Source of the DNA: Thermoproteota archaeon
Lineage (GTDB): Archaea > Korarchaeota > Korarchaeia > Korarchaeales > Korarchaeaceae
Length of the DNA stretch: 64,000 nt
NCBI GenBank assembly: GCA_027492205.1
Contig: JAOZFN010000017.1
Location: 105,116 to 169,115, forward strand
Direction: 5' to 3'
The notes under the pieces were generated by a model. That model was not told the origin of the DNA and did not search any database. It saw only the letters and a list, made by a program, of their open reading frames with translations. Numbering within the stretch: position 1 is the stretch's first letter; every line of letters begins with the position of its first letter. Shown one piece after another: positions 49,161 through 58,836 of this stretch. The position numbers were made by a program, and so were the translations under genes.

Positions 49161-50416
49161 GAGATCACCTCCAACCTGCCCCCCAGGTAGAAGAGGTCTG
49201 AGAAGAAGCTCGGGTAGGAGTCGGCCGCGACGCCCGCGTTAAGCACCCTGCTCGGCCCCTCCGCGACCAGGGCCAGCACGGAGAGGGCCATCGCGACCCT
49301 GTGATCCCCCTCAGGGTCCAGGGTCCTGGCCCTGATCCCGTCGCCCCCCTCGATCTCCAGCCCGTCCCTCCTCTCTGTGACCCTAACCCCGACCCTCCTG
49401 AGCTCCCTGGCCATGACCGAGATCCTGTCGCTCTCCTTCACTCTCGCGTGCTCCACTCCCCTAAGCCTGGTGCGGCCTCTGGCGCGCGCCCCGACCACGG
49501 CCAGGATGGGGAGTAGGTCCGGGCAGTCTCTGAGGTCCGCCTCGAACCCATCCAGCGACCCTCTCGACTCCACCTCGGCCCACCCGTCCCCGACCCTGAC
49601 TTCAGCCCCAGCCTCCCTGAGGAACTCCAGGATCCTCGCGTCTGGGTGACCGCCGGGGGGCGGGAGGCCGCCGACCCTCACCCTGCCGCAGAGCGCCCCG
49701 GCTGCCAGCAGGAAGGCCGCCGACGAGTAGTCTCCGGGGATCCCTATCACGCCCGGCCTGTACTCCTGCCTGGGGAACTCCACCCTCCACCCCTCCCTCT
49801 CGAACTCGATCCCGGAGCGCCTCATCATCTCCAGGGTCATCTCCAGGTAGGGTCGGGACTTGACGTCGCCCACGACCTCCACGGTCAGCCCGAGCTTTGG
49901 TGCAATCAGCAGGAGGCCCGTCGCGAACTGGGACGAGGTCCCGGCGCTGACCCTGACCGCCTCCCCCACGGGCCGTCCCCCCTCGACCACAACCGGCGGC
50001 TTACCGCCGCTGGACCTGACTCTAACCCCCAGCTGGCGGAGGGCCTCAACCCCGTCTCTCATGGGCCTCCTCGCCAGCGAGCCCGAGCCCAGCAGGGTCG
50101 TGCGCCCTGGGGCCAGAGCCGCGACGGCCATTGCGATCCTCATCGTCGTGGCAGACCTCCTGCAGTTCACCGCCCTCTTGGGCGGCCTGGGGAGGCCGGA
50201 ACTCTCTATCGTCCCATCTACGGACGCGCCGGCGCCGAACGCTCTGACTGCCCCGAGGCTGGCCATCACGTCCGTGCACCGGGAGGGCCTGACCACCCTA
50301 GTGAGCCCACCCGTCAGCAGCCCTATGAACAGGGCCCTGTGGCTGTGGCTCTTGGAGGGGGGGGCGTCGACCCGACCGTCCAGCGTAGACGGGCGTATAA
50401 CCGCGTCCAGCCTCAC
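49157..50416 (-). CDS. aroA: EPSP synthase
   Basis: PPSKSHSHR, SSQFATG, PGDYSSA, CPDL, RVKESDR, DHRVAM, SYP.F. Confidence 0.96.
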   Translation of the reverse strand: MRLDAVIRPSTLDGRVDAPPSKSHSHRALFIGLLTGGLTRVVRPSRCTDVMASLGAVRAFGAGASVDGTIESSGLPRPPKRAVNCRRSATTMRIAMAVAALAPGRTTLLGSGSLARRPMRDGVEALRQLGVRVRSSGGKPPVVVEGGRPVGEAVRVSAGTSSQFATGLLLIAPKLGLTVEVVGDVKSRPYLEMTLEMMRRSGIEFEREGWRVEFPRQEYRPGVIGIPGDYSSAAFLLAAGALCGRVRVGGLPPPGGHPDARILEFLREAGAEVRVGDGWAEVESRGSLDGFEADLRDCPDLLPILAVVGARARGRTRLRGVEHARVKESDRISVMARELRRVGVRVTERRDGLEIEGGDGIRARTLDPEGDHRVAMALSVLALVAEGPSRVLNAGVAADSYPSFFSDLFYLGGRLEVIS

Positions 50417-51243
50417 CTCACCCCCGCCACGATCACCTCGTACCCCAGTCGGCCCCAGGACTCCGCGACGGGGTCTGGGTCTTGGCATATGGCCGCCACG
50501 GCTGGTCCCTTGCCCGAGAGGCCAGCAGACTCTGCCCCCGCCTGAAGGGCCAGCCTCACAGGTTCCAGCGGGTAGCCGAGGGCCGAGGCGCAGGCGACCC
50601 CGTTGAGCAGCATGGCCGGCCTCCAGTCACCCTCAAGGGCCAGCCCGTAGGCGGCCTCCACGTGATCCCTGACGGAGTCCAACCTCGCGATGTCGGGGCC
50701 GCTGGCCTCGCGGGGGACCCCCATCACCGCACGCAGGCCGCCCCCCACGCGCATCCTCCTGACCAGCAGGAGCCTCCTGTTGTCGGTTACGCAGAGCCCC
50801 CCCAGCATCGAGGCGCAGGCGTCGTCAAAAGCTCCTGTCACCGTAACCCCGGCCAGCCTGGACACCTCCACGCCGAGCCTCACGACCTCCAGAGGGTCCA
50901 GCCCCATCCCCAGGGCGTCCGCCGCCGCGGCGGCCAGGGCGTTTGAGACCGCGCTGCTGCTCTTCAGCCCAACCCCCACCGGTATCTCGGACCTGATCTC
51001 GACCTCCAGCCCGGCGTCTACCCCGAACCTGTCTGAGAGAATTCTCAGTAGGGCCTCCACCAGCTCCCCGCCCAGGCGCATGCTCTCCCCCCTCACGGTC
51101 GAGCGGACCTCAACGTCACCCGGTTGGCGGAGCCTGAGCTCCACCTCCACGCGGAGGTCCACCCCGATCGCGGCCCCCCTCCAGGCGGGGATCGCGTTGA
51201 CCACGGTAACGGCCCCAAAGGCCTCGCCAAATCCCTCCGTCAT
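50413..51243 (-). CDS. aroK: Archaeal shikimate kinase (GHMP family)
   Basis: GAVTVVNAI, IPVGVGLKSSSA, VTGAFDDA, GLSGKGP. Confidence 0.93.
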   Translation of the reverse strand: MTEGFGEAFGAVTVVNAIPAWRGAAIGVDLRVEVELRLRQPGDVEVRSTVRGESMRLGGELVEALLRILSDRFGVDAGLEVEIRSEIPVGVGLKSSSAVSNALAAAAADALGMGLDPLEVVRLGVEVSRLAGVTVTGAFDDACASMLGGLCVTDNRRLLLVRRMRVGGGLRAVMGVPREASGPDIARLDSVRDHVEAAYGLALEGDWRPAMLLNGVACASALGYPLEPVRLALQAGAESAGLSGKGPAVAAICQDPDPVAESWGRLGYEVIVAGVR

Positions 51244-52112
51244 CCCCCCACCACCCAGTCCAGGGCGGCCTGCCTCATGACCCTCAGAGGAGGGTCTGAG
51301 ACCCCAGCCCATATCCTGAGGGCCTCTGCAGCCTGATAGACGAGCATCCAAACCCCGTCGACCACCCTGCATCCCGCCGACTCAGCCTGCCTGAGGAGCC
51401 TCGTCTTGAGGGGGTTGTAGACCGCGTCGAGTACGGTCAGCCCAGGCCTCAGCGCCCCGGAGGGCACCGGGCTGACGTCCTCGAGGGGAGGGGACCCGAG
51501 GGTGGTGGCGTTCACCAAGACGTCCGCGTCCCTGAGCTCCTCCCTCAGGACCGGGGGGTTCAGAGGCAGGGGCCTGACGCGGACGCCCAGCTCCTCGAAC
51601 CGACGCGCCGCGGCCTCCGCCTTCTCAAAGCTCCTGTTCGCCAGGGCCACGTCCGCCGCGCGCTTGGCCAGGGCGAGGGCTATGGCCCTCCCGGCTCCCC
51701 CGGCGCCGATCACCACGGCCTTGCCGCCGTCGACGTCGGTCACCCTCTCTAGGGCCTTGACGGCCCCTTCCCCATCCGTGTTGAATCCTCTGAGCTTTCC
51801 AGAGGCGTTCTTGATCACGTTTACTGCCTGGGCCGCGTCAGCCTCTGCCGATAGGCCGTCGAGTAGCCTGACCGCCTCGGTCTTGTGCGGGGTGGTGACG
51901 TTGGCCCCCTCTATCCCCAGGGCCCTGATCCCGGCAACGGCCGCGCTCAGCTCCCCCTTCGGCACGTCGAAGGAGACGTAGACGCAGTCGAGCCCCAGCT
52001 CCCTGAAGGCCGAGTTGAGCATGGAGGGGCTGGCCGACCTGCTTGCCCTCTCCCCGATCAGGCAGTACACCCTCGTCTCCGAGTTCACCCTCCAAATCCG
52101 AGGAGCGCCCAT
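51240..52112 (-). CDS. aroE: Shikimate dehydrogenase
   Basis: SASP, GANVTTPHK, AVNVI, NTDG.G, IGAGGAGRA, DAVYNP..T, MLVYQA. Confidence 0.95.
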   Translation of the reverse strand: MGAPRIWRVNSETRVYCLIGERASRSASPSMLNSAFRELGLDCVYVSFDVPKGELSAAVAGIRALGIEGANVTTPHKTEAVRLLDGLSAEADAAQAVNVIKNASGKLRGFNTDGEGAVKALERVTDVDGGKAVVIGAGGAGRAIALALAKRAADVALANRSFEKAEAAARRFEELGVRVRPLPLNPPVLREELRDADVLVNATTLGSPPLEDVSPVPSGALRPGLTVLDAVYNPLKTRLLRQAESAGCRVVDGVWMLVYQAAEALRIWAGVSDPPLRVMRQAALDWVVGG

Positions 52113-52747
52113 ACCTCCCTCAGCCTCCTCGCGTCCAGCTGTCCCGGCGCGGTCTCGCCGAACCCGGGGGCGGAGGCGTAAGTGAAGGGGGCCCCCGCCA
52201 TTGGAGCCAGAACTCTGGAGGGGAGGCCGAGCCGGCCCATGCAGAAGGAGACCACCCCCCTGGACTCGGCCACGAGCCGCAGGGTGGTCAGGTTGTCCCT
52301 CCAGACCCCCGCCGTGGTGACCAGCTTGACCGCGTGGGGCTCGAGCCTGAGGGCCCTCTCCCTCAGTGACCTGAGCTCCTCTATCTCGGGGGTCCGGGAG
52401 AGGTCGTGGTGTGAGGCTATCAGCCCGACCCCCAGCCGCCTGAGCGTCCTGATGACCTCCGTCCCGCCGGCGTCGATCTCTAGGTCCACGCACAGGGGCC
52501 TGAGTTCGGCCGAGAGCTTGGTCAGGAGCCTCAGCCTCCTGTCCTCGGGGCCGGCGAAGGCTCCCCCGTCCGACCTCCTCCTGACGGTCACCACCAGGGA
52601 GTCCCTCAGTTCAGACAGCCTGTCCAGACCCTCAAACTCCTCCAGGAGGTCTGCCCTGAGTTCGAAGAGCTCCGCGTATGGTTTGGAGGCCTCCACGGCG
52701 GAGAGAAACTCTCTTACGGTCTTGGCTCCGATCGAGACGCATATCAA
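52085..52747 (-). CDS. aroD: Type I 3-dehydroquinate dehydratase
   Basis: ELRAD, TVRRRSDGG, IASHHD..TP, VKL, FCMG..G..SR, APGQ. Confidence 0.93.
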   Translation of the reverse strand: MICVSIGAKTVREFLSAVEASKPYAELFELRADLLEEFEGLDRLSELRDSLVVTVRRRSDGGAFAGPEDRRLRLLTKLSAELRPLCVDLEIDAGGTEVIRTLRRLGVGLIASHHDLSRTPEIEELRSLRERALRLEPHAVKLVTTAGVWRDNLTTLRLVAESRGVVSFCMGRLGLPSRVLAPMAGAPFTYASAPGFGETAPGQLDARRLREVWALLGFGG

Positions 52748-53793
52748 TTGGCCATCCCCTCCAGGACCTCTAGCAGAACCTCCTCCGGAACTCTTCGCAC
52801 GGTCGCGCTCCCCAGGTCCTCCGGCAGGACCATCGCGAGCCTCCCCAGCCAGGACTTCTTGTCCAGGAGGGCCGCCCTCACCACCTCACCCGGGGGGAGG
52901 GGGAGCCCCGTCGGGAGCCCCAGCCTGGCCAGCAGCCTCTCGACCCTCTCGGCGTGCTCGAATCCCAGCAGCCTCTCGGCCACCCTGCAGGCCGCCACCA
53001 GGCCTATCGCTACGGCGTGGCCGTGCCTGATGGAGTAGCCGGAGACGGCCTCGATCGCGTGGCCCACCGTGTGACCCAGGTTGAGCCTCATCCTCGGGCC
53101 TATGTCCCTCCAGTCCCGCCTGACGACCGAGACCTTGGCGGCCACGGCCCGCTGGATGACTAGATCCAGCTCCTCCCTGCTGGGGTCGAGCAGCCCGGCC
53201 CCGACCGACTCGACCAGCGAGAAGAGGGGGGGATCGCAGGCCACCCCGCACTTCACCACCTCCGCCAGCCCGCTGGCCATCTCCTCCATGGGGAGAGTGG
53301 AGAGCGTGTCTGGGTCAATCAGGACGAGGTCTGGCCTGTAGAACGTACCCACCAGGTTCTTGCCCGTCAGGTTCACTCCGTTCTTGCCCCCGATGGAGGC
53401 GTCGACCTGGGCCAGGAGGGTGGTCGGGACCAGCGCCAGGAGCGTGCCCCTCATGTAGGTGGAGGCGACGAACCCCGCCAGGTCGCACACCGCCCCGCCT
53501 CCGACCCCTACCGTGGCCGACTTCCTCCCGAGGCCCATGTCCGCCATGGCCTCCCACGCGGCCTTGGCCCATTCGAGGCTCTTGCAGGACTCGCCCCCCA
53601 TTCTCATGACCACGTGCTCCACCCCCGCGCCGTCGAGCGCCCTCTCCACGTGAGGCAGCCACGAGTCCTCTATGCCCCTGTCCGCCAAGACGAGGGCCCC
53701 CTGAGGGGAGAGCCTCTCAATCTCCCTCGCCAGGTCCGCCAGGGAGCCCCTTCTCAGCACTATCCTGCCCGAAATCGGATCTTCGATCTCCAA
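52744..53793 (-). CDS. aroB: 3-dehydroquinate synthase
   Basis: [56 protein letters not shown]. Confidence 0.96.
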   Translation of the reverse strand: MEIEDPISGRIVLRRGSLADLAREIERLSPQGALVLADRGIEDSWLPHVERALDGAGVEHVVMRMGGESCKSLEWAKAAWEAMADMGLGRKSATVGVGGGAVCDLAGFVASTYMRGTLLALVPTTLLAQVDASIGGKNGVNLTGKNLVGTFYRPDLVLIDPDTLSTLPMEEMASGLAEVVKCGVACDPPLFSLVESVGAGLLDPSREELDLVIQRAVAAKVSVVRRDWRDIGPRMRLNLGHTVGHAIEAVSGYSIRHGHAVAIGLVAACRVAERLLGFEHAERVERLLARLGLPTGLPLPPGEVVRAALLDKKSWLGRLAMVLPEDLGSATVRRVPEEVLLEVLEGMAN

Positions 53794-54566
53794 TCGGAGA
53801 GCACCTCCATCAGACTCCTGAACCCGTCGATTGTCAGGCTCTGAGGTCCGTCCGAGAGGGCCTCCTCAGGCCTTGGGTGCACCTCCACCATTATCCCGTC
53901 GGCCCCGACGGCGAGGGAGGCCAGGGCCAGCGGGGGAACCAGGCTCCTCCTGCCGGCCGCGTGAGACGGGTCCACCACCACCGGCAGGTGAGTCAGCTCC
54001 CTCAGGGCCGGGACGGCCGAGATGTCAAGGGTGAACCTGCTGTGGTCCGCGAAGGTCCTGATGCCCCTCTCGCAGAGTATGACGCTCTCGTTCCCCCCCG
54101 CCAGGATGTACTCTGCGGCCATCAGCCACTCCCTCAGGGTGGCCCAGGGCCCCCTCTTCAACAGGACGGGCCTGTCTACCTTACCGAGCTCCCTCAGGAG
54201 GGGGAAGTTCTGCATGTTCCTGGCCCCAACCTGGAGCACGTCGGCGTACTCTGAGACCAGCCCCACGTGCCGCGGGTCCATCACCTCGGTCACCACGGGG
54301 AGGTCGTACTCGTCCCCCACCCGCCTGAGGAGCCTGAGGCCCTCTATTCCGAGCCCCTGAAACGAGTAGGGAGACGTCCTGGGCTTGAACGCGCCTCCCC
54401 TGAGCATGTCCGCCCCAGACTCCTTGACGGCCGCCGCCACCTCCTCGAGCTGACCCAAGCTCTCGACGGAGCACGGCCCGGCTATCACCACGAAGCCCTC
54501 CCCGACCCTCACCCCGCGGACCTCGACGACCGTCCTGTCCCTGCGCTCCCTGCTAGTCAGGAGCAT
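53760..54566 (-). CDS. aroF: DAHP synthase type I-beta (no regulatory domain)
   Basis: [53 protein letters not shown]. Confidence 0.96.
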   Translation of the reverse strand: MLLTSRERRDRTVVEVRGVRVGEGFVVIAGPCSVESLGQLEEVAAAVKESGADMLRGGAFKPRTSPYSFQGLGIEGLRLLRRVGDEYDLPVVTEVMDPRHVGLVSEYADVLQVGARNMQNFPLLRELGKVDRPVLLKRGPWATLREWLMAAEYILAGGNESVILCERGIRTFADHSRFTLDISAVPALRELTHLPVVVDPSHAAGRRSLVPPLALASLAVGADGIMVEVHPRPEEALSDGPQSLTIDGFRSLMEVLSDWRSKIRFRAG

Positions 54567-55506
54567 GAGCCACCGCCTCCGCGGCCCTGACGACTGATTC
54601 CGGGGTCAGGCCGTAGATCTCGAGGAGCCTCCGGTAGTCCCTGGACGTCCTCCCAAAGGCGTCGCGGACGCCGATCCTGATCACCCTGGTGGGCATCCTC
54701 TCGGCCAGGACCTCCGCGATAGCACCCCCAAGCCCCCCGATCACGCTGTGCTCCTCCACGGTTACGATCCCCGACGTCTCGGAGGCTGCCTTCAGCACGG
54801 CCCCCTCGTCCATCGGCTTCAGCGTGTGCACGTCGAGCACCCTCGCCTCGACGCCCCTGCGCGAGAGCTCCTCGGCGGCCGCCAGGGCCAGCCATACCGC
54901 GACCCCGCACGCCGCGATAGTGACGTCGGACCCGTCCCTGAGGACCTCCGCCCTCCCCAGCCTCAGACCCGCCCCTCGACCGTACACCCGGGGGGCGTTG
55001 TCCCTGCCTATCCTCATGTAGACCGGACCCCTGAGCTCTATGGCCTGAAACAGGAGCTCTCTGGTGGACGTCACGTCCGCCGGGGCGACCACCGTGAAGT
55101 TCGGGAGGACCCTCATCAGCGCCAGGTCCTCCAGGCACTGGTGAGAGGAGCCGTCCAGGTGATCCGAGAAGCCCGAGTGCGTCCCAACCAGCTTCACGTT
55201 TAGGCGATCCCTCGCTACCGTGTTCCTGACCTGCTCCCAGGCCCTCAGGAGGAACATCGCGAAGGAGGCGAAGACGGGGATCTTCCCGGCGGCCGCCAGC
55301 CCTGCCGCCGTGGAGACGGCGTCCTGCTCGCTGATCCCGACCTGTATGAACCTCTCGGGAAACCTCCTGGCGAAATCTACGGTCCTCGTGGAGTTGGACA
55401 CGTCCGCGTCCACGACCACCAGGTCGCTGAAGGCCTCACCGGCATCGGCCAGCGCGGCGCCGAACCCTTCCCTGAAGCTCTCAAGAGGCCCCAGCACCGG
55501 ATTCAC
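54553..55506 (-). CDS. Transketolase C-terminal subunit
   Basis: [37 protein letters not shown]. Confidence 0.95.
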   Translation of the reverse strand: MNPVLGPLESFREGFGAALADAGEAFSDLVVVDADVSNSTRTVDFARRFPERFIQVGISEQDAVSTAAGLAAAGKIPVFASFAMFLLRAWEQVRNTVARDRLNVKLVGTHSGFSDHLDGSSHQCLEDLALMRVLPNFTVVAPADVTSTRELLFQAIELRGPVYMRIGRDNAPRVYGRGAGLRLGRAEVLRDGSDVTIAACGVAVWLALAAAEELSRRGVEARVLDVHTLKPMDEGAVLKAASETSGIVTVEEHSVIGGLGGAIAEVLAERMPTRVIRIGVRDAFGRTSRDYRRLLEIYGLTPESVVRAAEAVAHAPD

Positions 55507-56431
55507 CCCCGGTGTGGACTATGACCACGGCGGGCCTTCCGGAGGACTCGGCCCTCCTCACCGCCTCCTCCAGGGCCGACCTCACGGGGCCGCTCGTCTC
55601 GACCACCTCCCAGCCGAAGGCCGCCCACCTGGCCCTGAGGGGCTCTTTGGGCTTCACCTCCTCCGTGCTTCCGCTGAGCTGGGTTCCGTTCCTGTCCACC
55701 ACGGCTACCACGCTGCTCAGCCCGTGCGCCGAGGCCGTCGCCGCGGCCTCCCAGACTTGCCCCTCGTCCAGCTCGCCGTCTCCCAGGACGACGAAGACCC
55801 TCCTATCCAGACCGTCGATCCTGGCCGCAATGGCCACGCCGTTGGCTATGGAGAGGCCCTGACCGAGGGAGCCGGTCGAGACCAGCACCTCTGGGAGGCC
55901 GGCCTCTGGGTGGGCCTGCAGCCTGGAGTCGGGCTCTCCCGCGCCCCTGAGGTCCTCCTCGGACACGCAGCCTCGCTCCAGGAGTATGGAGTATAGGGCC
56001 GGGGCGGCGTGTCCCTTGCTAAGCACCACGACGTCTGAGTCTCTCTTGATGGAGAACACAGCCTTGAGGATCTGAAGGCACGTGAGAGATGAGTGGAGAT
56101 GGCCTGGTCCGAGTCTAGAGGCCAGAGAATAGACGTGCCCGGTGAGCGGATCCCCCTCGTGAGAGAGTATCTCCACGACCTTCCTGCCGGCGCTAGTCAG
56201 CCTGACGGGTCTCTGACCCCTGTCGTAGTCCAAGAGACCAAGTTCCCGCAGGATCTTGGCATTCAGCTTCAGGGTAGACAGCGGCACCCCGTGGTCAGCC
56301 GATATGTCCCTCAGGAGAGAGGTGAGAGACCTGTTGAGGGACTTCGAGGCCCGAAGGAGGATCAGCACCTGATTTCCATTCAGGGCCCTGAGCAGGACCC
56401 TCCTCAGGACGCCGGCCTCGCGCCAGTCCAC
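55481..56431 (-). CDS. Winged-HTH domain fused to the transketolase N-terminal (TPP-binding) subunit
   Basis: Residues ~1-90 are wHTH-like (VPLSTLKLNAKILRELGLL...VRLTSAG); then GHLHSSL, LSKGHAAPALY, LQAHP, TGSLGQG, GDGELDEG...DRN. Confidence 0.88.
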   Translation of the reverse strand: MDWREAGVLRRVLLRALNGNQVLILLRASKSLNRSLTSLLRDISADHGVPLSTLKLNAKILRELGLLDYDRGQRPVRLTSAGRKVVEILSHEGDPLTGHVYSLASRLGPGHLHSSLTCLQILKAVFSIKRDSDVVVLSKGHAAPALYSILLERGCVSEEDLRGAGEPDSRLQAHPEAGLPEVLVSTGSLGQGLSIANGVAIAARIDGLDRRVFVVLGDGELDEGQVWEAAATASAHGLSSVVAVVDRNGTQLSGSTEEVKPKEPLRARWAAFGWEVVETSGPVRSALEEAVRRAESSGRPAVVIVHTGGESGAGAS

Positions 56432-56544
56432 CGATATTGGCGGGGCATCTCCCTCACTGAGGGGCCAGGCAGGAGGGCCTTTGTTTAAAACCCTTCTGGA
56501 CAGCCCGACCTGGCCACTAACCGCGTCTCGGGGTGGTAGGCTCG

Positions 56545-56572
56545 GATAAAAAGGGAGGAGGGGTGGGGAGAC
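56545..56572 (-). terminator. Pyrimidine/U-rich terminator after aor
   Basis: Minus strand GTCTCCCCACCCCTCCTCCCTTTTAT follows the stop codon. Confidence 0.45.
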
Positions 56573-58441
56573 TTAGGACGGGAGGAGTCCCTCGGACTCG
56601 AGCCTGTCAGCGAACTCCTTCAGGCCGAGGCGCTCGAGGGTCTCCCTGGTGGGCCTGCCCTTGACCCAGCCCCTGAGCTTGTAGTACTCTGGCAGCATCT
56701 CGTCTATCTTGGCCACGTGGCCCGCGCTCGGCCCGGCCGGCATCGGGGTCTTGGTGAACCTCTCCGGCAGCCTGTCGTACTCCTCGCCGTCGCCGAAGCT
56801 GAGCACGTTGAACACCCTCTCGGCGTTGTAGATCCTCTCCCCTATGGTGGCGAACTCCTCGGCGGTGACGTCCCAGCCGGTCACGACGGAGAGCTGCTTC
56901 GCCAGGTCGTCGGCCCAGTAGGCGAAGGTGGTGAACTTGCAGACAACCATGCTGTCCAGCGCGGCGAAGACGTCCTGGAACTCCTTGACCCACTTGGGCT
57001 TGCCCTCGGTTGTGTACGGGTCGAGCTTCTCGGGCACCCCCAGGATCTCGGGCGAGATCAGGTAGGCCCTCAGGTGGCAGCCTCCCCTGTTGCTGGTGGC
57101 GTAGGCGAGCGCGTGTCCCTGCACTCCCCTCGGGTCGTAGGCTGGCAGGCACTGTCCCCTGACCTGGGGGGCTATCTCCGGGTGTCCGTACTTCTTGGCC
57201 AGCCTGTAGCCTCCCTCGGCCAGGTCGTCCCCTATTCCGGAGCGGTAGGCGGTGCGCCAGACGGCCTCGACCAGCGCCCCGGCGTTGCCGAACTTGAGCT
57301 CAACCCCCTCGAGCTTCTCCTTCGGCAGGTAGCCCTTCTCGTACAGCTCCATGGCCACGGCTATGGCGTTGCCCATGCTGATGGTGTCCAGACCGAGCTC
57401 GTTGCAGAGGAAGTTTGCCTTGTCGACGGCGCCCAGGTCCCCCACGCCGACGTTGGCGCCCAGGGCCCAGACCGTCTCGTACTCCGGGCCGTCCCCCTCA
57501 CCCTGGAACGGGGGCCAGCCGATCTTGGTGTACCTACCGCATGCGATGACGCAGCCCCAGCACGGCTGCTTCTTCACCAGGATCTTCTCGGCGATGGTCT
57601 CTCCGCTTATCTCCTTGGCCCTCTCGAACTGGCCGTACTGGAAGTTGTTGGTCGGGAATATGCCCGCCTCGTTGATTATGTTCACCAGGACCGCGGTTCC
57701 ATAGGCTGGCAGGGCCTCGTTGGTGACGCCGCTGGCCTTCTTCTTCTCGAGCGCCTCCCTTATGACCTCCTTGAGCTTGTCCGGGTCCGCGGGCTGGGGC
57801 TTGAGGCCCGGCTTCGCCACGATGGCCTTGAACTTCTTGCTGCCCCAGACGGCCCCGTGCCCTCCCCTTCCGGCGGCCCTGCCCTCCTCGTTGATGATGC
57901 ACGCTATCTTCGCCAGGTTCTCCCCGGCAGGCCCTATGGTGGCGACCGAGATGTCCTTGCCGTGCCTCTCCATCAGGATCCTGGTGGTGGCGTGGGTGTC
58001 CCGGCCCCACAGGTCCCTCGCGTCCCTCAGCTCGGCCTTCCCATTCTCTAGGTACAGGTAGACGGGCTCCTCGGAGGCGCCCTCCAGCACCACGAAGTCG
58101 AACCCTGCGAACTTGAGGTAGGGGCCGAACTTCCCGCCGGACTGGGAGTCGTGGACCGTGTTGGTCTCCGGGGACTTGGTGACGCTGCACCACCTCCCGG
58201 CCTCGAGGCCCGCCTCGATGCCCGTCACGGGTCCAGTCATGACGAAGGCCTTGTTCTCGGGGCTGAGGGGATCTACCTTGGGGTCGACCTCCTTCAGCAT
58301 GAGGTAGACCCCCAGGCCCCTCCCGCCTATCCACTGCCTCAGGACGCTCTCTGGCAGGTAGTCGAAGAGGTTCTCAACCCGGACCTTCCCCTCCGTGAGG
58401 TTGACCCTCACGAACCTGCCCATATAGCCACCGGGCGGCAA
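56573..58441 (-). CDS. aor: Tungsten-containing aldehyde:ferredoxin oxidoreductase
   Basis: GYMG..RVNL, IGPAGENL, AGRGG.GAV.GSK, CWGCVIAC, EYET, LGLDTIS, YDPRG, RGGCH; TTG start after a GGAGGTG SD. Confidence 0.95.
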   Translation of the reverse strand: MPPGGYMGRFVRVNLTEGKVRVENLFDYLPESVLRQWIGGRGLGVYLMLKEVDPKVDPLSPENKAFVMTGPVTGIEAGLEAGRWCSVTKSPETNTVHDSQSGGKFGPYLKFAGFDFVVLEGASEEPVYLYLENGKAELRDARDLWGRDTHATTRILMERHGKDISVATIGPAGENLAKIACIINEEGRAAGRGGHGAVWGSKKFKAIVAKPGLKPQPADPDKLKEVIREALEKKKASGVTNEALPAYGTAVLVNIINEAGIFPTNNFQYGQFERAKEISGETIAEKILVKKQPCWGCVIACGRYTKIGWPPFQGEGDGPEYETVWALGANVGVGDLGAVDKANFLCNELGLDTISMGNAIAVAMELYEKGYLPKEKLEGVELKFGNAGALVEAVWRTAYRSGIGDDLAEGGYRLAKKYGHPEIAPQVRGQCLPAYDPRGVQGHALAYATSNRGGCHLRAYLISPEILGVPEKLDPYTTEGKPKWVKEFQDVFAALDSMVVCKFTTFAYWADDLAKQLSVVTGWDVTAEEFATIGERIYNAERVFNVLSFGDGEEYDRLPERFTKTPMPAGPSAGHVAKIDEMLPEYYKLRGWVKGRPTRETLERLGLKEFADRLESEGLLPS

Positions 58442-58484
58442 AACAGCACCTCCCGCCGATTGGGCTGGGGAGTCCGTCCACGCA

Positions 58485-58560
58485 AAATTCAAAAAAGATT
58501 ATCTCTAAAAGAATTTAACAGAAAACGTTGGAGGCGTTATTCCCAGATGGATAACGGGGT
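58485..58560. promoter_or_regulatory. AT-rich divergent promoter region for aor and moaD
   Basis: Sharp A/T island with TATA-like boxes on both strands; imperfect inverted repeat CGTTAT(T)CC..GGATAACG at 58535-58556. Confidence 0.55.
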
Positions 58561-58566
58561 GGTGGG

Positions 58567-58836
58567 ATGCCCCTCGTGAAGGTCAAACTGTACCTGTCCT
58601 TCAGGGAGATGGCGGGGAGCGATGAGGTGGCCCTTAACCTCCCGGACGGAGCCACGGTGGCCGACATGTTGGAGGAGATCTCTAGGATGCACCCCGAGCT
58701 GGGAAGGAGGATTGAGAACGAGGACTACATCCTCATGAAGGGCGGCAGGTGGCCGAAGCCCCACGAGAAGCTGAGCGAGGGGGACGAGTTCGCCCTTTTC
58801 CCGCCCGTCGGGGGAGGGTCACCAGAAGTCCTCTAG
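58567..58836 (+). CDS. moaD: MoaD/ThiS/SAMP ubiquitin-like protein with a C-terminal extension
   Basis: VKVKLYLSFRE..G...GATVADML...LSEGDEFALFPPVGGG-SPEVL. Confidence 0.85.
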   Translation: MPLVKVKLYLSFREMAGSDEVALNLPDGATVADMLEEISRMHPELGRRIENEDYILMKGGRWPKPHEKLSEGDEFALFPPVGGGSPEVL

